A stretch of DNA of 64,000 bases from Myxococcales bacterium. GTDB taxonomy: Bacteria > Myxococcota_A > Polyangia > Polyangiales > Polyangiaceae. The DNA lies in contig JAYTOU010000033.1 in the NCBI GenBank assembly GCA_043747615.1, positions 32,001 through 96,000 on the forward strand. The letters are read 5' to 3'. A program made the position numbers and the translations under genes. Positions 37,399 to 45,183 of the stretch are shown piece by piece (positions within the stretch are counted from its first letter, which is position 1; each line of letters opens with the position of its first letter). The notes below the pieces were generated by a model. It was not told the DNA's origin and ran no database searches. It was given only the letters and a program-made list of their open reading frames with translations.

Positions 37399-38106
37399 CT
37401 AGACTTCTCGGGTTGAAGCGGCGGAAATCTTGCCTGATTTACCGGTGTTTTTACAATCCGCACGCGGCCGCAAGCGCCTCCGACGCAAGAGCTCGGCCTT
37501 GCCGTCGACGGTGACGAGCGTGCCCGCCACATCGGAACCATCAATCAGCGCGAGCGCAAGGTCGGCCTGAAGCGCGGCGACGATCCCCACCACCGGCCCC
37601 ATCACTCCGGCCTCGGCGCAGTTCGGGGCGTCCCCGCGCGGCACGTCCTCGAAGAGGCAGCGGTAGCAAGGTTTGGCCTTCGCATCGACGGCGAGCACCG
37701 TTCCGATCCAGCGCACCGATGCGCCATGAACGACGGGTACACCGAGGCGAGCGCATGCGTCGGCCGTGAGAAACTTGGTCGCGAAGTTGTCACTCCCCTC
37801 GACGACGAGATCGTACGCGGCCACGAGCTCATCTGCGTTTCTTGGGAGGATGCGCGTCTCTTGCCCTTCGAGCACGAGGTCCGGAGCGAGCGCGTGGAGG
37901 GCGTCGCGGGCGGCCTCGATCTTCGATCGCCCGACGTCGGCGTCGGTAAAGAGGATCTGTCGATGCAGGTTCGTCCGCTCGACGACGTCGTCGTCGACGA
38001 ACCCGAGCGTGCCAATTCCAGCGCGTGCGAGGGCGATTGCGCACGGCGACCCGAGTCCACCAACGCCGATGAGCAGAACCCGGGCTCGGGCGCGGCGCGC
38101 GTTCAA
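37399..38106 (-). CDS. ThiF/MoeB family E1-like adenylyltransferase (lacks the N-terminal RYxRQ helix; no rhodanese domain)
   Basis: GVGGLG, DDDVVERTNLHRQ, GSDN, PCYRC and NCAEAGV motifs; TTG start at 38106 overlapping the cysK stop. Confidence 0.9.
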   Translation of the reverse strand: MNARRARARVLLIGVGGLGSPCAIALARAGIGTLGFVDDDVVERTNLHRQILFTDADVGRSKIEAARDALHALAPDLVLEGQETRILPRNADELVAAYDLVVEGSDNFATKFLTADACARLGVPVVHGASVRWIGTVLAVDAKAKPCYRCLFEDVPRGDAPNCAEAGVMGPVVGIVAALQADLALALIDGSDVAGTLVTVDGKAELLRRRRLRPRADCKNTGKSGKISAASTREV

Positions 38107-39050
38107 AGGCTCCGCTCCTCTGGAAAAAATTCTTCGAGGCTGAAGTAACGCTCGCCGGTATCCGGGAGAATGGTGACCACGTTCTTTCCTACGCCGAGCT
38201 CGCGTGCCACCTGGAGAGCCGCGAAAACAGCGGCGCCGGCACTGATTCCGACGAGCAGGCCTTCCTCTTGAGCGAGGAGCGTCTTCGTCGTCCACGCGTC
38301 GGCGTCGCTCACCGTCCGCACGTCGTCGACGACCTCGGCGTTGTAATTTTTTGGGACGAAGCCCGCCGCAAGCCCCTGCACCTTCGTAGGTCCGCGCTCG
38401 CCGCGTGAGATCATCGCGCACGCGTCGGGCTCGACGGCGACGATCACGGTCGAAGTGTTCTTGGCGCGGAAGACCGAAGCGACGCCGCTGATCGTGCCGC
38501 CGGTTCCAACGCCGGCGACGAAGGCATCGATGCTCAGCCCTTCCATCGCTTCCAAGATTTCGAGCGCCGTCGTCGCCGCGTGAACACGTGGATTGGAGGG
38601 GTTGTCGAACTGCTGCGGCAGCCACGCGCCGGGAATCGAGGCGCCAAGCTCGTGGGCCTTTGCGATCGCACCCGACATCTGGTCGCCCTCGGGAGTGAGT
38701 ACGGTCTCGGCGCCGTAGGCTTGCAGGAGCTGGCGGCGCTCGAGGGTCATGCTCTCGGGCATCGTCAGGATGCAGCGATAGCCTTTGACGGCGCACACCA
38801 TGGCCAGACCGATTCCCGTGTTGCCGCTCGTCGGTTCGATCACCACGCCGCCGGGCTTCAGTAGCCCCGCTCTTTCCGCCTCCTCCACCATGCTGAGGCA
38901 AATCCGATCCTTCACCGATCCTGCGGGGTTCGCCTGCTCCATCTTCGCCCACAGCTCGGCGCGGGGTGCGTCACGTCCGAGGCGGCGGATCCGCACGAGA
39001 GGAGTCTGCCCCACGAGCTCCAGCACGCTACTGGCGACGGCTCTGTCCAT
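38103..39050 (-). CDS. cysK: Cysteine synthase A
   Basis: GQTPLV, NPAGSVKDR, EPTSGNTGIG, QQFDNPSN, GVGTGGT, QGLAAG and PDTGERYFS motifs; start MDRAVAS at 39050. Confidence 0.9.
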   Translation of the reverse strand: MDRAVASSVLELVGQTPLVRIRRLGRDAPRAELWAKMEQANPAGSVKDRICLSMVEEAERAGLLKPGGVVIEPTSGNTGIGLAMVCAVKGYRCILTMPESMTLERRQLLQAYGAETVLTPEGDQMSGAIAKAHELGASIPGAWLPQQFDNPSNPRVHAATTALEILEAMEGLSIDAFVAGVGTGGTISGVASVFRAKNTSTVIVAVEPDACAMISRGERGPTKVQGLAAGFVPKNYNAEVVDDVRTVSDADAWTTKTLLAQEEGLLVGISAGAAVFAALQVARELGVGKNVVTILPDTGERYFSLEEFFPEERSL

Positions 39051-39108
39051 CTTCCTGCGCACACTACCACGCGACACGACGACGCTCGAACCGAGTATAG
39101 TCGTGAGC

Positions 39109-40107
39109 ATGCTTGGGTCCCAAGAAGCCCAGCACATCCACGCGCAGTACCCGGCGATCGATCTGCACGCCGACACGCTGATGTGGACGCGCTGGATCGG
39201 CTACGATTTGCACACCCGCCACGAACCACCGCTTCCGTTTGCGGCTCTCGGTGGTCACGTCGACCTTCCGCGCATGCGCGAAGGGGGACAAGGAGCGCAG
39301 TTTTTTGGTCTCGTATCGCTTCCGCTGAAGGAGCGAGCGCACGGTATGGCGCGGGTGATAGGCGAGCAGATCGACGGGCTCGAGGAAGCCATTCTTCGTC
39401 GCCCCACGCAGCTCCGTCTCGTCAAGCGCGCCCACGAGATCGAAGAATGCGCGAAGACGGGAGCGGTTGCCGCGCTTCTCGGGATCGAAGGAGCGCATGC
39501 CCTCGAGGGTGATCTCGATCGCATCGACGGCTTTGCAAAACGCGGCGTGCGCTACCTAGGGCTTCTCCACTTCAGCGCGAACGAAGCGGGATTTCCGGCC
39601 TACGGACGCGGCAAACGAGACGAAGGCTTGACGTCGTGGGGGCGTGAGCTGGTCAAGCGATGTGAGAACGCGAGCGTTCTAATCGATCTCGCGCACATCA
39701 ACCGGCGAGGCTTTCTCGATGCATGCGCGCTCGCTACCAAGCCCCCGATCGTCAGTCACACCGGCGTCCTCGGAGCCTTCGAGCACTGGCGAAACATCGA
39801 CGACGAACAGCTGCGCGCGGTCGCCGACAAGGGGGGCTGCGTCGGGGTCATCTTCTGTCCGCGCTTCGTCGGAGGCGACGGGCTCGAGCCGGTCGTCAAG
39901 CATCTGAAACACATCCTCGACGTGGTGGGGGAGGACGTCCCTGCACTCGGCAGCGACTGGGATGGCTTCATCGTCCCCACGCGACCACTCAAAGATCCCA
40001 CCGGCCTGCCGCTTCTCACCGACGCGATGCTCGCCGCAAAAATTCCAGAGCGGGTCATTGCAAAAATCTTGAGGCAGAACGTCATGCGGGTGCTCGCTGA
40101 GGCCTGA
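39109..40107 (+). CDS. Membrane dipeptidase (peptidase M19) family protein
   Basis: IDLHAD, HVDLPRM, GIEG, IDLAH, SHT, RNIDD and GSDWDG motifs. Confidence 0.9.
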   Translation: MLGSQEAQHIHAQYPAIDLHADTLMWTRWIGYDLHTRHEPPLPFAALGGHVDLPRMREGGQGAQFFGLVSLPLKERAHGMARVIGEQIDGLEEAILRRPTQLRLVKRAHEIEECAKTGAVAALLGIEGAHALEGDLDRIDGFAKRGVRYLGLLHFSANEAGFPAYGRGKRDEGLTSWGRELVKRCENASVLIDLAHINRRGFLDACALATKPPIVSHTGVLGAFEHWRNIDDEQLRAVADKGGCVGVIFCPRFVGGDGLEPVVKHLKHILDVVGEDVPALGSDWDGFIVPTRPLKDPTGLPLLTDAMLAAKIPERVIAKILRQNVMRVLAEA

Positions 40108-40119
40108 AAACCTGAGGCG

Positions 40120-40758
40120 TCAGTCGACCTCGACCGTCGGGTGGAGACCGCGTCCCTCGAGGGCTCGCGTGATCCGTGCGTGCCACTCGACTTTGTCGGC
40201 TCCCGGTGGCGCGTCGAGATGTACGCTCACGTTCGCTCCATCGGCGTGCACGAGGAGAACCCCGCCCGCGAGCGGTCCAGCTCCAAGCTCCATGCGAACC
40301 GAGCCACGACGGCCATCCCCCGACCACGCGATCTTCCGCACGAGCGCCGGCAAGAGTACTTCGAGCGAGGGGCTGGCTCGATGCGAGGCGTCGACTGGGA
40401 TCACCTCAAGGGGAGAGTGCGCCGGGGCCACCATAGGAGTCGCCGGAAAGAAGCCCATGTCGAACGCGCGCCGACGCTCGAGCGGGTCAAGGGGGTCATC
40501 GGCCATCGCGCGACCCTCATTGGCGCCTGCAGTCGCCGTGGCCGTGATGTTCGCTCCGGTCGCGCTCGGAGTCGGCGGCGTCCCGGGGCGCGAAATCCCC
40601 GTGCTCTCGGTCGACTTCGGCAGCGTGTGGCCGTGCGGGGTGCGCCGAGACACTGAGAACGGCGCCGTCGGCCGCGTCCCTCGAGCTACCCCGGCCGGCT
40701 TCGGGGGCGGAGGCATGTGCGCCTTTAACTGGGGAATCATGCGCTCCTGTCGGGCCAC
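40120..40758 (-). CDS. Pro/Thr-rich hypothetical protein with a FliK/YscP-like C-terminal domain
   Basis: Low-complexity N-terminus; C-terminal SVRMELGAGPLAG..LLV..DG.NVSVHL...RALEGRGL; start uncertain. Confidence 0.6.
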   Translation of the reverse strand: MARQERMIPQLKAHMPPPPKPAGVARGTRPTAPFSVSRRTPHGHTLPKSTESTGISRPGTPPTPSATGANITATATAGANEGRAMADDPLDPLERRRAFDMGFFPATPMVAPAHSPLEVIPVDASHRASPSLEVLLPALVRKIAWSGDGRRGSVRMELGAGPLAGGVLLVHADGANVSVHLDAPPGADKVEWHARITRALEGRGLHPTVEVD

Positions 40759-40851
40759 GGCCGGTCAAAGTTGCGCCAGCTCTCGCGAAATAACCAAGTT
40801 GGCCCCATCTCGCGGTACACTCCTCGAGTCTGGGGTGGGGTCCGATACGAA

Positions 40852-42153
40852 GTGAACGCGGTTCCAGCTAGTCCATTTGGTCTGATCGCGGCGGGCGTCG
40901 CGGCTGCCGCGGTCGGTTCGCTGTTTGCAGCGGGCGATGCCGCGCTCGCCGCCCTTCCCGAGGCGCGGCTCGCTGTCCTCGCCGACGGTGACACGGGCGG
41001 GCGCGTCTTCGGACGGTACGCACGCGATCGAACGCGTGTCGCGTCGCGGTGGCTCGTGGGGCGCACCGCGATGATTGCGCTCGCGGCCGTTCTCTTCAGC
41101 GAAGCCGCCGAGCGAATCAGCAGCGCCCAGGCAGACCTAGCGCCGGTCTTCGCCGTCCTTGGCGCCGTGTGCAGCTACGGACTTTTCGCGGAGCTCCTCA
41201 TCACCGTCGCCCGCCGCCGCCCAGACGTGATTGGGGGCCTCGGGCTCCGGTTCTTGTGGCCTCTCGAATGGGTCGTCGTGCCTCTCGCCGAGCCGCTCGC
41301 CATCCTCGCGCGCTTCATCAGCCGTCGTTACGTGAAGCGCCAGCAGCCCGACGCCCGCACGATGGAGACCGAGGTGGAGTGGGTCGTCAGCCAGGGCGAG
41401 AAGCACGGCGCGCTCGCGAACGAGCCTGCGGAAATGATCCGCAACGTACTCGAGTTCAAGGACCTCACCGCCAAGGAGGTCATGGTCGCCCGGCGGCGCA
41501 TCGTGGGGATCGACGTCGCGACCACCCTGGAAAAAGCGCTCTCGATCGTGACCACCGAGGGTCACTCGCGCTTCCCGATTTACCGCGAGAACCTCGACAA
41601 CATCGTGGGGCTTCTCTACGCGAAAGATCTCTTCGCGGTGATGAATGAGAACCGTCTGAGCGCGACCACCCTCGCCAATCTCGTGCGCTCACCGGTGCTC
41701 TTCGTCGTGGAAACGCAGCCTATTTTGAGCATGTTGCGCGAGATGCGGGCTCGGCGGCTCCACATGGCGATCGTCTCGGACGAGTTCGGCGGCACGAGCG
41801 GCGTCATCACCCTCGAGGACATCATCGAGGAGATCGTGGGCGAGATCGAGGACGAGCACGACACCCACAAAGAGGCTCAGATCCAGGAAATGGGAGACGG
41901 ACGTCTCGTGGCGGATGCGGCAGTGCCCCTCGCGGATCTTTCCGCCCGCCTGGGGAGAGAATTTCCCGACGGAGACTTCGAGTCCCTCGGCGGCCTCCTC
42001 GTCCACCGTGCCGGGCGCGTCCCCGAAGTGGGAACGACGCTCATGCTCGACGGCCTCAAGTTCATCGTGCGCGAGGCGGACGCGACCCATATCGTCACCG
42101 TCGAAATCGTTCCCGTGGGCACAATTCCCCCGCTCGCGGCTTCGCCTTCGTAA
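40852..42153 (+). CDS. Hemolysin/CorC-HlyC family CBS-domain membrane protein (CNNM-like)
   Basis: Hydrophobic N-terminus; HSRFPIY, DEFGGTSGVITLEDIIEEIVGEIEDEHD and ESLGG motifs. Confidence 0.9.
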   Translation: MNAVPASPFGLIAAGVAAAAVGSLFAAGDAALAALPEARLAVLADGDTGGRVFGRYARDRTRVASRWLVGRTAMIALAAVLFSEAAERISSAQADLAPVFAVLGAVCSYGLFAELLITVARRRPDVIGGLGLRFLWPLEWVVVPLAEPLAILARFISRRYVKRQQPDARTMETEVEWVVSQGEKHGALANEPAEMIRNVLEFKDLTAKEVMVARRRIVGIDVATTLEKALSIVTTEGHSRFPIYRENLDNIVGLLYAKDLFAVMNENRLSATTLANLVRSPVLFVVETQPILSMLREMRARRLHMAIVSDEFGGTSGVITLEDIIEEIVGEIEDEHDTHKEAQIQEMGDGRLVADAAVPLADLSARLGREFPDGDFESLGGLLVHRAGRVPEVGTTLMLDGLKFIVREADATHIVTVEIVPVGTIPPLAASPS

Positions 42154-42155
42154 AC

Positions 42156-42458
42156 ATGTCGGCTTCGATTCTCGTAGGCCTGAAAGCAGCAAGAGACAGC
42201 GGCGGGTCGACGATCTCCATCGCCGACGTGATTTCCCAGCTCCCAGAAGTTGGCAGCATGAAGACCGGGGCGCAGGTCGTGATCTTGGCGCGCAGCACGC
42301 CGCCTACCGGCATCTTCGCCCGTGTTTTTGGCAGAAAGCAGCGCGTTTCCCGGGGCGTGCGGGGCTCGGCGCTCCTTGCGCGCGGCTTCGTCAACATCGC
42401 CGCCGCGGGTGAGGGCGACGACGATCTCGTGTGGGGCTACGCGCCGCCGCTTTCCTAG
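42156..42458 (+). CDS. Small hypothetical protein
   Basis: 100-aa ORF starting 2 nt after the previous stop and filling the gap. Confidence 0.6.
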   Translation: MSASILVGLKAARDSGGSTISIADVISQLPEVGSMKTGAQVVILARSTPPTGIFARVFGRKQRVSRGVRGSALLARGFVNIAAAGEGDDDLVWGYAPPLS

Positions 42459-42468
42459 AACAAAAAGA

Positions 42469-43638
42469 CTATTTTACTTTGTCGAGGCCGGCGACGACCT
42501 TGTCGACACGCTGAAGGAGGCCGTCCTTGACGTCGACGATCGCCCCTTCGGGCGCGGCCGCGGTGTCGCCACGAATGTCGTGGATGACGTTGCCGATTTG
42601 TGCCGCGAGCTGGGCCGTTTGGCCGGACACTTCGCTCGGACAAGCCTTCTCGAAGGTGCGCGGTGCGACGTACATCGCCGCGGGTTTCGTCGAAAGATCG
42701 CCGCCCTTGTAGGCGGGAAGCTTCGCGTTGCCTTGCCCGATCGGATTCGCGAACGTGAACTCCGCGGGGAGCGGCAGGTTCGGCGGCGTGAAGACAATCG
42801 GCGGAATGACGCTCGCTAAGAGCGCAGACGGATTGCCGCTGGGGTCTTTGTCAACCACCACGACGTAGTTGATCGTGGACTGCCCGGGGGGAGCGTTGAG
42901 CTGCTCGGTGAGCGGCTTCTGCAGCTTGGTCAGGAGGTTTTGGACGATTAATTTGCGATCGTTCAAGGCTTGCACGGCGGTGATGAACTCGACCAGACCG
43001 GCGGAGGTCTCGGGCGAGAAGCTGCTGAACCTGCGCCCGGCGAGCTTGCTTCCGTCGAAGTCGACGTTGATTCCGCCAAGCTCCTTCGAGAGTTGGTCGG
43101 GGAATTTATGCTCCTTCGTGAGGGTCGTTCGCCCGGCTTCGAGCTTGTCTGCAAGGGCTTTGAGCGAGTCGCCGGCCTTTTTGACGTCCTTCGAGAGCTC
43201 TTGCGCGTCGGTCTTGCTCTTGGCGCGTCCCTGACTGATTTGTGATGCGTCGCCGGCGATGTAACCGAGGCCGGTGAACGCCACGGCGACGATGACCGCG
43301 ACGACGAAGCCCTGCTTTCGAGCGCCGCTTCGCGCTTGGTGCACCGCGACTTCGTCGACCTCGATGCGCTGCATCTGCGGCTGGACAGGCGCGGCAGTCG
43401 GCGGGCGGTAGACTTGAGCGACAGCGGCGAGCGGGTTCGACGGGTCCATCACCGACGGGCTCGAACCGAACGGCGAAGGCGGACCGATGGGAACTCCGGG
43501 CAAGCCAACGGGAGCCGGCGGACGACTGCCCGCGGGCTTCGGAATCGGAATTACGGTTCCCGGCGGGGGCGTTGCGGTGGACGACGCCTTTCCTAGGCGC
43601 GCCTTTAAGTCGATCTTCGGCTTCTTTTCGTCGGCCAT
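42469..43638 (-). CDS. Hypothetical single-pass membrane protein (Pro-rich N-terminus, coiled-coil ectodomain)
   Basis: AGGAG RBS before MADEKKPKIDLKARLG at 43638; one TM segment (FVVAVIVAVAFTGLGYIAG). Confidence 0.75.
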   Translation of the reverse strand: MADEKKPKIDLKARLGKASSTATPPPGTVIPIPKPAGSRPPAPVGLPGVPIGPPSPFGSSPSVMDPSNPLAAVAQVYRPPTAAPVQPQMQRIEVDEVAVHQARSGARKQGFVVAVIVAVAFTGLGYIAGDASQISQGRAKSKTDAQELSKDVKKAGDSLKALADKLEAGRTTLTKEHKFPDQLSKELGGINVDFDGSKLAGRRFSSFSPETSAGLVEFITAVQALNDRKLIVQNLLTKLQKPLTEQLNAPPGQSTINYVVVVDKDPSGNPSALLASVIPPIVFTPPNLPLPAEFTFANPIGQGNAKLPAYKGGDLSTKPAAMYVAPRTFEKACPSEVSGQTAQLAAQIGNVIHDIRGDTAAAPEGAIVDVKDGLLQRVDKVVAGLDKVK

Positions 43639-43726
43639 CGAATCTCCTGAACGAGAGCGAGAAGTTACGTGCGCGGTCGCCTTAAAGTCAACGATTGGCC
43701 TCGATTTCCCGAGTCTCATCCTCTAG

Positions 43727-44236
43727 TTGAAACCGATGCATCTGGCCGCTCCCTCAAAAGCGCTGCTGCTCGTCGCACTCTTTTTTGCGGGGTGCCGCCC
43801 TTCGCCCGAGACGGCGGCGGTCGATCCCGCGATCGCGGACAAGGTGACCATCGACCGAATCATCGCCGCGGATCAGAAGCTCGATCGCGCCTTGAAGGAG
43901 GCCGATGACCGCGCGAGTCGGCGGGAAAAAGATGGGGCGCCAGGCGGAAACGAAGCGGAGGCGGCCTTTCTATTGGAGCGAAATGCCCTGCCCGCGGCGG
44001 CCGAGGCCCTCACCTTGGCGAGCACGAGCACCGTCACCAGCCCCTGGGCGGACGAGCGAAAGCGAGAGCTCGTGAGCATTCTTCAGGACACGAAGGAGGA
44101 GATCCCGCGCTACGCGGCCGCGCTGCGAGGCACGGACATCGACGCGAAGCTCGCTGCCATCCAGGCCGAAGTCGCCCTCGAAAAGCGCTCGATCGACGCG
44201 GTCACGGCGATCTCCCACGGCCCGCCGGGACCCTGA
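43727..44236 (+). CDS. Hypothetical helical lipoprotein
   Basis: LLLVALFFAGC lipobox; start at TTG 43727 or ATG 43736. Confidence 0.7.
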   Translation: MKPMHLAAPSKALLLVALFFAGCRPSPETAAVDPAIADKVTIDRIIAADQKLDRALKEADDRASRREKDGAPGGNEAEAAFLLERNALPAAAEALTLASTSTVTSPWADERKRELVSILQDTKEEIPRYAAALRGTDIDAKLAAIQAEVALEKRSIDAVTAISHGPPGP

Positions 44237-44304
44237 CCTCGCGCACGCGGATGGCGCGCGTCACGAAGTTCGTCCCGGCCTCTGCGAGCCTATAAGATCG
44301 CAGC

Positions 44305-45183
44305 GTGGAGCTCTCCGGGTGGGTCGACGCGTATCTCGATCACCTCCGGGTGGAGTGTGGTCTGGCGGCGAACACCCTCGAAGCGTACGCCCGGGATCTG
44401 AATCGCTTGGTGACGAGCGTTGGAGAGTCGACGCCCGAGTCGATCGGCGCCGGCGAGATCTCCGCGCTCCTCGCCCACAACGTCAAGACGGGCTTCGGTG
44501 CACGCTCGAGCGCCCGTCAGCTCTCCGCGATTCGCGGCTTCTTTCGCTTCCTGGTGCGGGAAAAGGCGATCCCCGCCGACCCGACGACGCTCATCGATCG
44601 CCCGAGTGTGGGGCGCAAGCTGCCGCGCATTCTTTCTTTCGAAGAGATCGAGCGTCTTCTGCTCGCTCCAGATGTGGCTACGAAACGTGGCGTTCGTGAC
44701 GCGGCGATGATCCATTTGATGTACGCGTCGGGTCTTCGCGTGAGCGAGCTGTGCGGCCTCAAGGTCGCGGATCTCGACACCAAGACCGGCGTGGTCGCCG
44801 CGTTCGGAAAAGGGGGCAAGCGGCGCCATGTTCCGGTGGGCGAGGCCGCTCTCGCCGCCATCAGCCGCTATGTAGAGGAGGTCCGCGTCGACGCGCCGCC
44901 GAAGAGCGTCGCTCTCTTCGTGTCGCCGCGCGGAAAATTTTTTACCCGCCAGGGTTTCTGGAAGCTCCTCAAGGGCTACGCGCTCAAAGCCGGCATCACC
45001 ACGCCGCTCTCGCCGCACAAGCTCCGGCACTCGTTCGCCACGCATCTTCTTCGGGGCGGCGCCGATCTGCGCGCCGTTCAGGCCATGCTCGGACACGCCG
45101 ATCTGGGCACCACGGAGATTTACACGCGCGTCGCGCAGGATCACATCCGCAGCGCCTATACCCGCGCTCACCCCCGGGCCTGA
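44305..45183 (+). CDS. xerD: Tyrosine recombinase XerD
   Basis: NTLEAYARDL, YASGLRVSEL, GKGGK.R, TRQGFWK, SPHKLRHSFATHLL, QAMLGHADLGTTEIYT and HPRA motifs. Confidence 0.93.
   Translation: MELSGWVDAYLDHLRVECGLAANTLEAYARDLNRLVTSVGESTPESIGAGEISALLAHNVKTGFGARSSARQLSAIRGFFRFLVREKAIPADPTTLIDRPSVGRKLPRILSFEEIERLLLAPDVATKRGVRDAAMIHLMYASGLRVSELCGLKVADLDTKTGVVAAFGKGGKRRHVPVGEAALAAISRYVEEVRVDAPPKSVALFVSPRGKFFTRQGFWKLLKGYALKAGITTPLSPHKLRHSFATHLLRGGADLRAVQAMLGHADLGTTEIYTRVAQDHIRSAYTRAHPRA

Noticed and set aside
35252..38106. E1 + Ubl + JAB as an antiphage ubiquitin-like conjugation system (Bil/CBASS type)
   Set aside because: No E2-like gene or CD-NTase is present, and the flanking cysteine synthases point to sulfur relay. 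Protein conjugation is not excluded but is unsupported.
37399..38952. 517-aa ORF suggesting an N-terminally extended E1 or a cysK-E1 fusion
   Set aside because: The upstream part is an alternate frame of cysK with no protein-like features or RYxRQ motif. A TTG overlapping the cysK stop, preceded by GAGGAG, gives a normal coupled start.
44305..45183. Tyrosine recombinase as a phage or island integrase
   Set aside because: The motifs (TRQGFWK, HPRA end) and length fit housekeeping XerD. No att repeats, tRNA or cargo genes were seen.
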